Shown here one piece after another: positions 21,253 to 33,875 of a stretch of DNA of 64,000 bases. This DNA comes from Leptolyngbyaceae cyanobacterium (GTDB taxonomy: Bacteria > Cyanobacteriota > Cyanobacteriia > Phormidesmidales > Phormidesmidaceae), in NCBI GenBank assembly GCA_965263355.1, contig CBDHHL010000032.1, positions 3,712,001-3,776,000 on the forward strand, given 5' to 3'. Under the pieces are notes generated by a model. That model was not told the origin of the DNA and did no database searches. It worked only from the letters and a program-made list of their open reading frames with translations. The number at the start of each line of letters is the position of its first letter. The stretch's first letter is position 1. Made by a program: the position numbers and the translations under genes.

Positions 21253-21746
21253 GGGCAATAAAGCGTATCTTTAGTTGCTCGACCCGTGACAGGATTTACA
21301 CCGGAAGCGACTTCGCACAGCATGTCATTGACCCTCGGATCTAAGTCCACATCCGTGAAGTCTGCGCCTTTGATCTCGGCTTTACGAAAATCGGTGCTAA
21401 AGGCGTAAGCCCCTTCCAGAATTGCGTTTCTTAGGTTCGCGCGAATAAAGCGTGCGCCATCCAGGGTGGCCCCAGTCATATTGGCATTTTCTAAATTTGC
21501 CTGGGTTAAGTTGGTGTCGAAGAGCCTTACACCGACTAGATTTGTATTACTTAGGTCGGTTTCAGCCATATCGGTGCGGGTATAGTCATTACCCCGCAAA
21601 TCTTGACCCGAAAAATCTTGCTGTCGTAAGTTTTGGCGGTCGAAGCTAGTTGCTTGGACTGGCTGGCTAAACCCCAGGACTAAAACACATACCAATAGGC
21701 AACTTAGCAGCCAGAGCTGCCAACAAAGGGTTTTCTGATAGCTCAT
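21249..21746 (-). CDS. Exported/lumenal pentapeptide repeat protein
   Basis: Signal peptide, pentapeptide repeats, C-terminal LC..ASGVNPVTGRATKDTLYC. Confidence 0.9.
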   Translation of the reverse strand: MSYQKTLCWQLWLLSCLLVCVLVLGFSQPVQATSFDRQNLRQQDFSGQDLRGNDYTRTDMAETDLSNTNLVGVRLFDTNLTQANLENANMTGATLDGARFIRANLRNAILEGAYAFSTDFRKAEIKGADFTDVDLDPRVNDMLCEVASGVNPVTGRATKDTLYCP

Positions 21747-21856
21747 TAGTAGCGATCGCAACAACACTGATCAGACATTTTAAAACTGTTTTAGTTCTAT
21801 GGCTATGAGCTTCGATACTTGACAAGCGTGTCCGAATATTAAAAAAAAAATCTAAT

Positions 21857-21890
21857 AAAAAAAGCCTCTGCCAGCGGCAGAGGCTTTTTT
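21857..21890. terminator. Rho-independent terminator after psbC (symmetrical)
   Basis: A7-GCCTCTGCC-AGC-GGCAGAGGC-T6. Confidence 0.9.
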
Positions 21891-21911
21891 GAGGCCAATT
21901 TAGACTAAGTC

Positions 21912-23291
21912 TTAGTCTAGATCGTCCATTCCTAGTACTGCCTCGTTTTCACGGTCAATGCCTTTCTCAAAGCCACCAGCAGCAGCACGAGCGCGGCCCG
22001 CATGCCATAGGTGACCAACCAAGAAGAAAAAGCCAAGAACGAAGTGAGATGTAGACAGCCACTGACGGGGGTTCACAAAGTTAACGGAGTTAATCTCAGT
22101 GATAACGCCACCTACAGAGTTTAGAGACGCGTTAGGCGCATGGGTCATGTACTCAGCAGCACGACGTACCTGCCAAGGCTGAATGTCATTCTTAAGCTTG
22201 TCTAGGTCAAGGCCATTAGTACCACGGAGGGGCGATAGCCAAGGACCATCGAAGTCCCAGAAACGCATAGTCTCACCACCGAAGATGATCTCACCAGTAG
22301 GAGAGCGCATCAGGTACTTACCAAGACCAGTAGGACCTTGAGCCGCACCAATGTTGGCACCTAAGCGCTGGTCACGTACCAAGAAGGTCATAGCCTGAGC
22401 CTGGGAAGATTCAGCGTTAGTAGGACCGTAGAACTCACTGGGGTAAGCAGTGTTGTTGAACCATACATAGCAGGACGCGATAAAGCCCATCATGGACAAC
22501 GCACCCAAGCTGTAGGAAAGGTAAGCTTCACCGGACCAGATAAAGGCACGACGAACCCAGCCGAAAGGCTTGGTTAGGATGTGCCAGACACCACCAGAAA
22601 TGCAGATTAAGCCAATCCAGATGTGGCCACCAATGATGTCTTCCATACTGTTAACACCGACGATCCAGCCGTCACCACCAAAGGGCGCGCCAACCAAATA
22701 GCCCCAGATCACAGCAGGGTCAAGGGTAGGGTTAGTAATGACACGAACGTCACCACCACCAGGAGCCCAAGTATCGTATACACCGCCGAATAGAGTGGCT
22801 TTGAACACGAGCAGTAGAGCACCTACACCCAAAAGAATCAGGTGATAACCAATGATATTGGTCATCTGATTCTTATCCTTCCAATCTTGCTGGAAGAAGT
22901 TGGAATATTCCTCAAGGGTTTCAGGGCCACGAACGGCGTGATAAACACCACCAAGACCTAAAACTGCTGAAGAAATCAGGTGAAGTACACCAATTACAAA
23001 GTAGGGAAATGTATCAATAATTTCACCACCAGGACCTACACCCCAGCCCAAAGTAGCCAAGTGGGGAAGTAGGATGAAGCCTTGCTCATAGAGAGGCTTC
23101 TCGGGCACAAAGTGAGATACCTCAAATAGAGTCATCGCACCAGCCCAAAGAACGATAAGACCAGCGTGGGCAACATGGGCACCCAAGAGCTTACCGGAAA
23201 GGTCGATTAGACGAGCGTTACCAGACCACCAGGCGAAACCGGTAGATTGCTGGTCACGGCCCGAAATATAGTTACTAGAGAGCGTTACCAC
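21912..23291 (-). CDS. psbC: Photosystem II CP43
   Basis: [24 protein letters not shown] start overlapping the psbD 3' end as usual. Confidence 0.98.
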   Translation of the reverse strand: MVTLSSNYISGRDQQSTGFAWWSGNARLIDLSGKLLGAHVAHAGLIVLWAGAMTLFEVSHFVPEKPLYEQGFILLPHLATLGWGVGPGGEIIDTFPYFVIGVLHLISSAVLGLGGVYHAVRGPETLEEYSNFFQQDWKDKNQMTNIIGYHLILLGVGALLLVFKATLFGGVYDTWAPGGGDVRVITNPTLDPAVIWGYLVGAPFGGDGWIVGVNSMEDIIGGHIWIGLICISGGVWHILTKPFGWVRRAFIWSGEAYLSYSLGALSMMGFIASCYVWFNNTAYPSEFYGPTNAESSQAQAMTFLVRDQRLGANIGAAQGPTGLGKYLMRSPTGEIIFGGETMRFWDFDGPWLSPLRGTNGLDLDKLKNDIQPWQVRRAAEYMTHAPNASLNSVGGVITEINSVNFVNPRQWLSTSHFVLGFFFLVGHLWHAGRARAAAGGFEKGIDRENEAVLGMDDLD

Positions 23292-24333
23292 GTGGCAGTA
23301 CCTCTTCGGGGAATACAAACTTCTCGTGGGGCTGGTCCTGAGAGGCCATCCACGCACGAATACCTTCGTTCAGCAGAATGTTCTTGGTGTAGAACGTTTC
23401 AAATTCAGGGTCTTCGGCAGCGCGAGTTTCCTGAGAGACAAAATCGTAGGCCCGTAGGTTCAATGCGAGCCCCACGATACCGACAGCACTCATCCACAGG
23501 CCGGTAACCGGTACAAACAGCATGAAGAAGTGCAACCACCGTTTGTTGGAGAAAGCGATACCGAAAATCTGAGACCAGAAGCGGTTCGCAGTGACCATGG
23601 AGTAGGTTTCTTCGGCCTGTGTGGGTTCAAAGGCGCGGAAAGTGTTCGCCCCTTCCCCATCTTCAAACAGTGTGTTTTCCACAGTGGCCCCGTGAATCGC
23701 ACACAGGAGTGCCCCACCGAGGACACCAGCGACCCCCATCATGTGGAAGGGGTTGAGGGTCCAGTTGTGGAAGCCCTGCAAGAAGAGCAGGAAGCGGAAG
23801 ATAGCCGCCACGCCAAAGCTGGGTGCAAAGAACCAGCTGGACTGGCCCAAGGGATACATCAAGAACACCGATACGAACACGGCAATCGGAGCCGAGAACG
23901 CAATGGCATTGTAGGGACGTAGGCCGACCAGACGAGCCACTTCGAACTGACGCAGCATAAAGCCAATCAGCCCGAATGCGCCGTGGAGGGCAACGAAGGT
24001 CCAGAGTCCGCCGATTTGGCACCAGCGAACAAAGTCACCCTGTGCTTCGGGACCCCAAAGCAGGAGTAGGGAGTGACCCATGCTGTCAGCGGGAGAGGAG
24101 ACAGCAACAGTCAGGAAGTTAGCGCCTTCCAGATAGGAGGACGCCAGTCCATGGGTGTACCAGGACGTGACAAAGGTGGTGCCAGTGAGCCAGCCGCCTA
24201 GTGCCAAGAAGGCGCAAGGGAACAGTAGCAAACCGGACCAGCCGACGAAGACAAATCTATCGCGCTTGAGCCAGTCATCGACGACGTCAAAGACGCCCCG
24301 ATCGGCTCCAGCACGGCCCATTGCAATGGTCAT
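23275..24333 (-). CDS. psbD: Photosystem II D2 protein
   Basis: [16 protein letters not shown] ... [10 protein letters not shown]. Confidence 0.99.
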   Translation of the reverse strand: MTIAMGRAGADRGVFDVVDDWLKRDRFVFVGWSGLLLFPCAFLALGGWLTGTTFVTSWYTHGLASSYLEGANFLTVAVSSPADSMGHSLLLLWGPEAQGDFVRWCQIGGLWTFVALHGAFGLIGFMLRQFEVARLVGLRPYNAIAFSAPIAVFVSVFLMYPLGQSSWFFAPSFGVAAIFRFLLFLQGFHNWTLNPFHMMGVAGVLGGALLCAIHGATVENTLFEDGEGANTFRAFEPTQAEETYSMVTANRFWSQIFGIAFSNKRWLHFFMLFVPVTGLWMSAVGIVGLALNLRAYDFVSQETRAAEDPEFETFYTKNILLNEGIRAWMASQDQPHEKFVFPEEVLPRGNAL

Positions 24334-24934
24334 CTCAAATCCTCTTAATATGGCATCAAGTCCTATGAATAAAGGGCTGAGGAATATATAAAACCCTTAT
24401 CCACGTCCAGAATCGTAACTTTCTGTAGAAAAACCTACAGGTTGCAACTTGGCCGTGGTCTAAACAACCCTTGAAGGACGTAGGGATGTCACAAGCATCC
24501 ACACATAGGATGGCCGTAATCACCATCAGGTAGGATTTTGGCTTGTACTTTATGATAAATAGACTTTTGTTTTTTTACAATCTGTCACGTACTTCTCAGA
24601 TTAGGCTGGATCTGCCAACATGCTGATACATCTACAGATGAAGACTTTAGAATAAAGTGATTTGTAAAGTTTTGTTGCTAATTGTGTGAGTGTTTATCTT
24701 CATTGAGGCCTGTTTTGAATCGGCTGAAAAAAGAAAATGCAGTGTAAATGCATCGCATTTTATAGTTTTTGCCTAACCATCTTCGTTAGGGTACAGAGTG
24801 AATCACAAAACTAGGGTTGGCTTCACCTATGTGGGAGTAGTTGCGCTCTGGTCAGCGTCCTCGTATCTCGTATATCAAATCGTTTCGCTCAGAATGATAC
24901 GCTAGGTGAATGAGTAATTTCAGATGGATGGTGA

Positions 24935-26167
<1,233 letters not shown>

Positions 26168-26208
26168 GTTTTACTGACCTGGTTGGTTGTGTGATCAAGT
26201 AAATAATG

Positions 26209-26249
26209 TGTAGAAGCCAGGTGAATCTATGGGTTCCCTGGCTTCTACA
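26209..26249. other. 13-bp perfect inverted repeat between petH and hom
   Basis: TGTAGAAGCCAGG / CCTGGCTTCTACA; no clear U-tract, so probably a 3' stabilising or terminating hairpin. Confidence 0.6.
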
Positions 26250-26281
26250 ATGGTTCATGGTAAATCGAGCGGGATAGCACA

Positions 26282-27595
26282 TTGGTTTTTAAGGTTGGAT
26301 TATTAGGTTTGGGTACGGTGGGTACAGGTACGGCCAAAATTTTGTTGGATGCGGCCCAGCGTCATCCCTTGTTGCAGACCTTAGAAATTCATCGGGTGGG
26401 TGTACGTTCTTTGGATAAACCTCGTGCGGTTAATTTACCGGAGGTTTGTTTGACGACCGATTTAGAAGCAATTGTGACTGATCCCGATATCGATATCGTG
26501 GTGGAAGTTATTGGTGGTTTAGAGCCTGCGCGGTCGCTAATCCTAGAAGCTATCGAGGATGGCAAGCACGTGGTGACTGCCAATAAAGCGGTCATCTCTC
26601 GCTATGGTCACGAGATTGCAGAGGCAGCGAAAAAAGCAGGTGTATATGTGCTGTATGAGGCTGCTGTTGGTGGTGGTATTCCGGTAATTCAGCCATTGCA
26701 GCAGGCTCTGGGGGTGAATCGTATTGATACGGTGACCGGCATTATTAATGGCACAACCAACTATATATTGACTCGCATGCAGTCAGAGGGTGGAGACTTT
26801 GCGCCGATTTTGGAGGATGCTCAGGCCCTAGGCTATGCCGAGGCTGATCCGACAGCTGATGTCGATGGTCTGGATGCCGCTGATAAGATTGCTATTTTGG
26901 CGTCGATTGCCTTTGGTGGCAGAATCCGTCGCGAGGACGTCTTTACAGAAGGTATTCGTAATGTGAGTGCCTCGGATGTGGATTATGCGAAAACCTTGGG
27001 GTTTGTTATTAAGCTGCTGGCGATCGCAAAACGCACTGCCCAAAATACAGACAAGACAGAAACTATTCAACTGCGCGTTCATCCCACGTTAGTTCCCCTT
27101 CATCATCCCTTAGCTAGCGTTAACGACGTAAACAATGCGGTGCTTGTGGAAGGTGATCCCATTGGCCAGGTCATGTTTTATGGACCTGGGGCTGGGGAAG
27201 GGCCGACCGCCAGTGCCATTGTGTCAGACGTGATGGCGATTGCCGCCACTCTCCACATGGAGTCTCCGGCTGAAGAAAAACTGCCTAATCCATTGCTTAG
27301 CAATGCCTATAGCGATTATAAGACCATCAGTCCGATGGAGGAATTGGAAAGTCGCTTTTACCTGAGACTAATGGTGCAGGATCAACCTGGGGTGATTGGC
27401 CATCTCGGGGAAATTTTTGGCAGACATCACCTTAGTCTTGAGTCTATTGTGCAGATTGGTATGCAAGATAATCTGGCAGAGTTAGTGATTGTGACCCATG
27501 AAGTGAAAGAAGGTGAGTTTCAAAAAGCCATTGAGGTGTTGCAAGCCTCTGATGATGTGGATTCGATTGCTAGTGTTTTGCGAGTACTGGGATAG
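26282..27595 (+). CDS. hom: Homoserine dehydrogenase with C-terminal ACT domain
   Basis: GLGTVG, VVTANKA, EAAVGGGIP, GYAEADP, GPGAG. Confidence 0.96.
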   Translation: MVFKVGLLGLGTVGTGTAKILLDAAQRHPLLQTLEIHRVGVRSLDKPRAVNLPEVCLTTDLEAIVTDPDIDIVVEVIGGLEPARSLILEAIEDGKHVVTANKAVISRYGHEIAEAAKKAGVYVLYEAAVGGGIPVIQPLQQALGVNRIDTVTGIINGTTNYILTRMQSEGGDFAPILEDAQALGYAEADPTADVDGLDAADKIAILASIAFGGRIRREDVFTEGIRNVSASDVDYAKTLGFVIKLLAIAKRTAQNTDKTETIQLRVHPTLVPLHHPLASVNDVNNAVLVEGDPIGQVMFYGPGAGEGPTASAIVSDVMAIAATLHMESPAEEKLPNPLLSNAYSDYKTISPMEELESRFYLRLMVQDQPGVIGHLGEIFGRHHLSLESIVQIGMQDNLAELVIVTHEVKEGEFQKAIEVLQASDDVDSIASVLRVLG

Positions 27596-27598
27596 TAA

Positions 27599-28507
27599 AT
27601 GTTGGGTGGTAAGGGAACTACGGTTTCTGGCGAAGACCTTTACCAATGGCGACTACAGGCTCAGGCTGATGCGCAAAACGCTGATGTCCCTCCTTATGAG
27701 GTGGACTGGATGTTGCAAGGGGTTAGTGATTTAAGTCAGTCGGATCTGAAATTAGGGCTGTATCGGGATTGGGTCTTGCCCTTACGATATTCATTAGACT
27801 GGCTGACTCAACAGTGGCAGCGGCGTCTGACTGAACGGTTGCCAGTCCAGTATTTAGTGGGTGAAACGCCGTGGCGGAATTTGATGCTGGCGGTAACACC
27901 TGATGTACTGATACCTCGGCCTGAAACGGAGCTGATTGTGGACATCGTGCTGGCTTGGGTCAAGCAGCAGGTAGAACTCCCAAAGCCATTGGTGTGGGCT
28001 GATTTAGGAACTGGCAGTGGGGCGATTGCGATCGCAATCGCCAAAACATTTCCCCAATCGCAGGTCTTGGCTGTGGATATTAGTGAGGGCGCCTTAAACA
28101 TCGCTCGACAAAATGCCCAACGTAATCAGGTGACCAACATCGAGTTTTACCAGAGCAGTTGGTTTGACTCATTAGGGGATTGGCAGGGGCGACTATCCGG
28201 TGTGATTACCAATCCGCCTTATATTCCTAGTCAGGTGGTGCTTTCTCTGGAGCCGGAAGTGATGAACCATGAGCCCCACCAAGCATTAGATGGTGGGAAC
28301 GACGGTCTGGATGATATTCGTTTGCTGGTAGAACAGTCTGCCAAATTTCTCCAACCTGGTGGTCTGTGGCTGACGGAGCATATGCAGGGACAGGCAGAGG
28401 AGATCGCAGATTTGTTAGCTGCTAAACACGTTTATGGAGAGATTCAAATTCATCAAGATCTAGCAGGCATTAAACGCTTTGTCTCTGCTAGATTTCGCCA
28501 CTCATAA
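27599..28507 (+). CDS. prmC: Release factor glutamine methyltransferase
   Basis: PVQYLVG, LIPRPETE, DLGTGSGAIA, NPPY. Confidence 0.96.
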   Translation: MLGGKGTTVSGEDLYQWRLQAQADAQNADVPPYEVDWMLQGVSDLSQSDLKLGLYRDWVLPLRYSLDWLTQQWQRRLTERLPVQYLVGETPWRNLMLAVTPDVLIPRPETELIVDIVLAWVKQQVELPKPLVWADLGTGSGAIAIAIAKTFPQSQVLAVDISEGALNIARQNAQRNQVTNIEFYQSSWFDSLGDWQGRLSGVITNPPYIPSQVVLSLEPEVMNHEPHQALDGGNDGLDDIRLLVEQSAKFLQPGGLWLTEHMQGQAEEIADLLAAKHVYGEIQIHQDLAGIKRFVSARFRHS

Positions 28508-28539
28508 ATTGAACATTGACACAATACTAGCTTCCGTCG

Positions 28540-30354
28540 TTATAACTTTAATGCTTGTCGAGTAGATTTCTGGGGCGATGTATAGGGTACCTCAGAAGAC
28601 GGTCTAGGTAATCGAATGCAAAATTCAGTGCCTGTGTTTGGGTTAGAGTGGCAGTTGAGGGTTCCCTGGTGGATTTCAGTTACGATGTGATAGCTAATGG
28701 ACAGCCCCAGACCAGTCCCCTTGCCAACGGGCTTCGTCGTAAAAAATGGTTCAAACAACTTTGGTTTAACTGCTTCAGGGATGCCAGGTCCATTATCAGT
28801 GATAAAAATAGAAACGCTGTCTGCCTGACTCTCAGTGCGAATAACAATAGTAGGCTGATAACCTTTTGACCCAAATAGGTCAGAAGATTCCAAGGCATCA
28901 ATGGCATTGACCAACAAATTCATAAATACCTGGTTCAGATGCCCAGGACAAACTAGGATGTCTGGAATATCGTCATCATAGTTGCGTTGCACCAAAATCT
29001 CTGTTTTGGAATCTTTAGGGGTTAACCGATGTCGCAAAATCAATAGGGTACTGTCTAAGCCCTCATGGATATTCGTGGGCCTACGTTTTGCCTCGTCTAA
29101 ACGAGAAAATGTACGCATGGAATTGACAATCTCTTGCACACGACGAGTCCCAATTCGCATGGAGGACAGCAATTTTGGATAGTCCTCCGCTAAAAAATTC
29201 AGGTCAATACTTTGTTCAAACTCTTTGATGTCCGGGGTAGGGCAATAGTGCTGTTTGTAAAGCTGGGTCAGCAGCAGCAGGTCTTGACTATACCGCTGTG
29301 CAATGTTCAGGTTGCCATGGATAAAGTTCACAGGATTATTAATTTCATGGGCAATACCGGCGACTAACTGCCCTAGACTAGACATTTTCTCTGCATGGAT
29401 GAGCTGAGTCTGGGACTGTTTTAATGTCTTAAGGGTTTGCCGGAGAGCGGCTGTCCGCTCTGTCACTAGCTGTTCTAGACGTACATTAAGTACTTTGAGG
29501 GTTTGGGTCTGACGATAATGCCGATATAGCACCAGGCTATAGATAAACAAAACCACTGAGGTTATATATAGGCCGAAACGATAGTAGTTTTTGACGGTTG
29601 ATTGCTTTAAGTAGTAAGCCTTGTAGCTCTCAGATAATGTTTCAATGGCCTGATGGGTAGAGGCATTAGTCAAATTGACAATCTGTTCCTTCACCTCTGG
29701 CTGGACTCGAAAAATTAAGCGACCATGGGTTAACAGGTTTTGTAGTGATGATGCCTGGATCTGAGCTGTTGGTGTTGGTGATTTCTTAAGAGCAACAATA
29801 TCCTCTTCCAGAAGTTCGATTAGGGAGTCGTTGGCGGTGATGTTCTGATACTGAAAAACAGCAGTTTGTAAACGGACCACGTGATCGTACAAGCTGCTAT
29901 TTTCTCTGTCTAACGTTGTGAGGAATGCCGCGACTGCTCCAGGGAAATACTCAAGGGAGTTATTTAGCACCGCATCATCGGATTTAAAGTCTTCTATAAA
30001 GATGTTTCGTCGTTCACTGACTTCCTTTAGCTCTCTCAGGTGTTGGTGCAGACTTTCTGTAGGGCTAATGGAGCTAAACAACCCTGCAATTGTTTGAACT
30101 TCTTGACGAAAAGCATCTGTGTGTTGTGTCAGTGGATCATAGCTTTGGGAAAGTTGTGCTTGAGCTTCAAGCATATCGTTAACGACGATAATATCTTTGC
30201 GTTCCAAATGACGTAGGCTATCAACGATTGCATAGTGATTGCTGACACTATGGGCCTGGGACTGCCATAGCAAAAACGTCAGCAGCACGAAAAGTATGCT
30301 GACAGGAAAAATATTTTTTAACCTGAGCTGCCATTGCCTGCTTAAGTCTGCCAT
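28540..30354 (-). CDS. Sensor histidine kinase with all-helical (DAHL-like) periplasmic domain
   Basis: Two TMs flanking a helical domain with SYDPL and [17 protein letters not shown]-box AHEINNP, N-box [19 protein letters not shown]. Confidence 0.88.
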   Translation of the reverse strand: MADLSRQWQLRLKNIFPVSILFVLLTFLLWQSQAHSVSNHYAIVDSLRHLERKDIIVVNDMLEAQAQLSQSYDPLTQHTDAFRQEVQTIAGLFSSISPTESLHQHLRELKEVSERRNIFIEDFKSDDAVLNNSLEYFPGAVAAFLTTLDRENSSLYDHVVRLQTAVFQYQNITANDSLIELLEEDIVALKKSPTPTAQIQASSLQNLLTHGRLIFRVQPEVKEQIVNLTNASTHQAIETLSESYKAYYLKQSTVKNYYRFGLYITSVVLFIYSLVLYRHYRQTQTLKVLNVRLEQLVTERTAALRQTLKTLKQSQTQLIHAEKMSSLGQLVAGIAHEINNPVNFIHGNLNIAQRYSQDLLLLTQLYKQHYCPTPDIKEFEQSIDLNFLAEDYPKLLSSMRIGTRRVQEIVNSMRTFSRLDEAKRRPTNIHEGLDSTLLILRHRLTPKDSKTEILVQRNYDDDIPDILVCPGHLNQVFMNLLVNAIDALESSDLFGSKGYQPTIVIRTESQADSVSIFITDNGPGIPEAVKPKLFEPFFTTKPVGKGTGLGLSISYHIVTEIHQGTLNCHSNPNTGTEFCIRLPRPSSEVPYTSPQKSTRQALKL

Positions 30355-31409
30355 GCTCCTGTCAGAGTTTTTAGAAAGGCCACTATTTGCGCAATCTCTG
30401 AATCCGAAAGATTACGCCCCAGCTGATATATGGCCATCACGCTAACGGTTTCTTCTAAGGTCTCAAGGCTACCGTCATGGAGATAAGGGGCCGTAAGTTC
30501 AACGTTTCGCAGGCTTGGAACTTTAAAGACATAGAGATCGCGCGGGCGTTGGGTTAGATTAAATCGACCAAGATCATTGGCTGTAGTGGTCTCCCGACTA
30601 GCAAAATAATCCTGTACTACCCCCAGACGTTGGTACAGGTTTCCACCAATATTGACTCCTTGATGACAGGCGACACAGCCATAGTCTTTGAACAGCTGAT
30701 AGCCTTGTTTTTCGGTGGTCGTCAGGACATTGGACTTACCCCTGAGATACTTATCAAATCGAGCATTGGGGGTAATTAGGCTACGTTGAAATGTGGCGAT
30801 CGCATCGCGCACATTGCGCTCGTTAGGCACATCCTTATAGGCCTGTTTGAAACTATCCCGATATCCCGGATCTTCGGATAAATAAGCAATCAGATTTGAC
30901 CAGGTATTATCCATTTCCCTGGGACTTAGTAGGGGGGCATCAACCTGTTCTTCTAAACTGTTTGCCCGTCCATCCCAAAATTGCCGAAAGTTATAGCCGC
31001 TGTTAAAAACAGTTGGTGTATTCCGGTCCAAAAATTGCCCGTCCGCTCCCAAAGCCTTTGGCTGACCATCCACACCTAACTGGTCTAACCGATGGCAGGT
31101 CGCACAGGACATCTTTTTATTGCTAGACAACCCCACGTCTTGAAACAATCGCCGCCCCAGCTCAACCTTATGACTGTCTAAGTCAATTGATTGGGGCAGT
31201 GGGGTAATCGGTTGCTCCGCAAATGTTGAATCATCAAAAGATGTTGGACCATCAAACGATATGGATCGGTTAATAGGGGCAGCCTCTTGTTGAGTGGATT
31301 GCAGCGACACACCAGTCGATAATAGCCATATCAAACCACAGCCGACCAACAGCAAGCTAACACCGAGCCAGTACCCTAAAAATCGTGGGCGAATGCTCCC
31401 CATAGTCAT
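30342..31409 (-). CDS. Di-haem cytochrome c peroxidase (bCCP/MauG family), membrane-anchored
   Basis: Two CxxCH (CATCH, CVACH), NTPTVFN, QFWDGRA, FKVPSLRNV, TAPYLHDG; N-terminal TM. Confidence 0.9.
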   Translation of the reverse strand: MTMGSIRPRFLGYWLGVSLLLVGCGLIWLLSTGVSLQSTQQEAAPINRSISFDGPTSFDDSTFAEQPITPLPQSIDLDSHKVELGRRLFQDVGLSSNKKMSCATCHRLDQLGVDGQPKALGADGQFLDRNTPTVFNSGYNFRQFWDGRANSLEEQVDAPLLSPREMDNTWSNLIAYLSEDPGYRDSFKQAYKDVPNERNVRDAIATFQRSLITPNARFDKYLRGKSNVLTTTEKQGYQLFKDYGCVACHQGVNIGGNLYQRLGVVQDYFASRETTTANDLGRFNLTQRPRDLYVFKVPSLRNVELTAPYLHDGSLETLEETVSVMAIYQLGRNLSDSEIAQIVAFLKTLTGAWQT

Positions 31410-31787
31410 TAAACCTTATCCAAATCCAGGGATTTAGCTTGGTCCATCAGAAAATACTCAGATCCTGACTTGAGTTTGGTTGCCTCTCCTCAGACAATCC
31501 AGCGCTTTAAAGCTATCCCAGGGTTAGGGTGCCCGCTAGCTTCGTGGGTTAACCTAAATCAAGCATAAGGGGCACTAACCGCACGAAAGAAAACCCATCA
31601 CGTTGCCACTGAATTAGGCCAATTTTAATTCCAGCCTGAGTAATCCACGTATCAGTTGGTTGCCCATTAAAATAATTAAATTGCGCGTATCTGCCTAGGT
31701 GGACAACTGCTTGAGTGGTGTGAAGCCACGTCCAGGTCTTATTTTGCCTCTGTAGGAAACGACTTGATGTGGACAAGGTTGAACAAA

Positions 31788-33029
31788 ATGGTTTCCCTGG
31801 CTCGTAAAAATTTACTCAAAGATCTGCCTCGTTTTTTGGTAGCCCAGGCAGGGATTATGTTTGCTGTTAGTTTAGTGACTATCCAAACCGGTATCCTCAA
31901 AGGGTTTACCCGCTCGACCACACTGCTCATTGACAGTTCCGATGCAGAGATTTGGGTGGCCTCAGAAAATATTGTCAACTTTGAGCTGACAGAACCGTTT
32001 CCCTATATCCAGGTGCAGCGATCTCAAACCATAGACGGTGTTGCCCGAGCAGAGGCCCTTACCGTCGGCTCAGGTCGCTGGTATTCGGATGGTAAGCTGA
32101 CGACACTGCGGGTGTTTGGGTTTGACCCCAATGGTCAACTCTTTCGCCCTGGCCAAGTATCAAATACGGCGATTCAAGCCTTAAATGCTCCCTATGTAGC
32201 CCTGATTGATCGCACCAATATGCGTTCATTTCGCATTAATGGGGTGGGAGATACGGCCCGCATTCGTCAATTGCCGGTTATGGTGGTGGGGTTTACCCGC
32301 GATACCCAGTCCCTGGTGTCCAGTAAATTTGTGTTCACATCGTTGTTGAATGCCAATGCCTATATCAGCTCTGGTTTCACCTCTGGATTAACCTGTCAGT
32401 TGGGCGATGGGGACTTTACCTGTGTCAATGCCTATCAGCGTAATACGGACACAGCCGATGACGATGCTGCTGAACCAGCCCCCCTCAACTCCGATTCTCC
32501 GGTTACCTATGTGTTAATCAAAGCTGAGCCAGGGGAAGATCTGCAAATTCTGAAGCAGCGCATAGAGTCTACCCTCTCGGGGACTAAGGCGTTTACCAAG
32601 AATGAGCTAATTAATACAACCCAAGCCTACTGGCAAAATCGTACGGGCATTGGGTTTATTCTGGGACTGGGGGCCATTGTCGGTGTGATTGTTGGCATGG
32701 TAGTCGTGGCCCAGATTTTGTATACATCGGTGTCTGAGAATCTGCGAGAATTTGGCACCCTCAAGGCGATGGGGGCATCGGATTGGGATATTTACAGCGT
32801 GATTTTGGAGCAGTCGCTGTGGATGGCGGTTTTGGGCTATGTCCCAGGACTGTTGCTCTGTTGGGGGGTGGGTACTTGGACGGCAGCGACTCAAGGCATT
32901 GTGGTACTGATTACGCCCATCAGTGCGGTCGGTGTATTGGGCATTACTGTGGTTATGTGTGTTGGGTCAGCGGTGTTTGCTATTCAAAAGGTCACCCGCG
33001 TTGATCCGGGCATTGTGTTCAAGGCCTAA
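31788..33029 (+). CDS. ABC exporter permease, DevC/FtsX-like
   Basis: MVSLARKNL, EFGTLKAMGAS, C-terminal DPGIVFKA. Confidence 0.9.
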   Translation: MVSLARKNLLKDLPRFLVAQAGIMFAVSLVTIQTGILKGFTRSTTLLIDSSDAEIWVASENIVNFELTEPFPYIQVQRSQTIDGVARAEALTVGSGRWYSDGKLTTLRVFGFDPNGQLFRPGQVSNTAIQALNAPYVALIDRTNMRSFRINGVGDTARIRQLPVMVVGFTRDTQSLVSSKFVFTSLLNANAYISSGFTSGLTCQLGDGDFTCVNAYQRNTDTADDDAAEPAPLNSDSPVTYVLIKAEPGEDLQILKQRIESTLSGTKAFTKNELINTTQAYWQNRTGIGFILGLGAIVGVIVGMVVVAQILYTSVSENLREFGTLKAMGASDWDIYSVILEQSLWMAVLGYVPGLLLCWGVGTWTAATQGIVVLITPISAVGVLGITVVMCVGSAVFAIQKVTRVDPGIVFKA

Positions 33030-33081
33030 TGGCTTGTCTATCGACGGGTTTGATAAGTGTAAGGTGTGAGCTTAAGACGGT

Positions 33082-33780
33082 ATGGTTGCGATCGCAGCAC
33101 AAAATATCCAAATGTCCTTTATGTCGGGCACCACTGAAACTAGGGTGCTGAAGGGCATTGATTTGACGGTTCCTTCAGGTCAAATCCGCTTGATGATGGG
33201 ACCTTCCGGGTCTGGTAAAACCACATTGCTCTCGATTTTGGCGGGCATTTTGACCCCCACCGCTGGGCAAGTTCATCTGCTAGGTCAAGAAATTACCGGG
33301 CTTTCTCGCAAAGACCTGACTACGTTTCGCCGCCAACATATCGGTTTTATCTTTCAAAGCTTTAATCTGTTTCCAGCGCTGACGGCCTTAGAGAATATTG
33401 AGTTAGCGCTACAGCTAAAAGGTTACAAAGGGCCTGGTATCAAAGAACGGGCATTTGACTTGCTCAAACAGGTAGGCTTAGGCGACCGCGCCAAGAATCT
33501 ACCGGCGGATTTATCAGGTGGTCAGAAACAACGGGTTGCGATCGCCCGTGCGTTGGCCGGTGAACCAGAATTGATCATGGCCGATGAACCCACAGCAGCC
33601 CTGGATTCTGCCACGGGGCATGATGTGATTGAGCTAATGCAGTATCTGGCTAAAAATAAAGGCTGCACGGTGTTGATTATTACCCACGATCCACGTATTA
33701 CCGATGCTGCGGATGAGATTACTTATTTAGAAGATGGCATTTTAGCCAAGGAATCGAGTTTGGTCACCGGGCTGCATTGA
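33082..33780 (+). CDS. ABC transporter ATP-binding protein, DevA/LolD-like
   Basis: GPSGSGKT, LSGGQKQRVAIARAL, ADEPT, ITHD. Confidence 0.95.
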   Translation: MVAIAAQNIQMSFMSGTTETRVLKGIDLTVPSGQIRLMMGPSGSGKTTLLSILAGILTPTAGQVHLLGQEITGLSRKDLTTFRRQHIGFIFQSFNLFPALTALENIELALQLKGYKGPGIKERAFDLLKQVGLGDRAKNLPADLSGGQKQRVAIARALAGEPELIMADEPTAALDSATGHDVIELMQYLAKNKGCTVLIITHDPRITDAADEITYLEDGILAKESSLVTGLH

Positions 33781-33875
33781 ATAGACAAGGCACTATCCCG
33801 CAGATACCGCTGCACTAGTTCTATCGCTGCTACCATAGTGACCTTAGCGAGGCCAAAACTTAGGACTAGAGCATT

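Noticed and set aside
21912..24333. Far-red-light (FaRLiP) variants of psbD/psbC
   Set aside because: The sequences look like standard D2/CP43 and there are no rfp, apc or chlF-type neighbours
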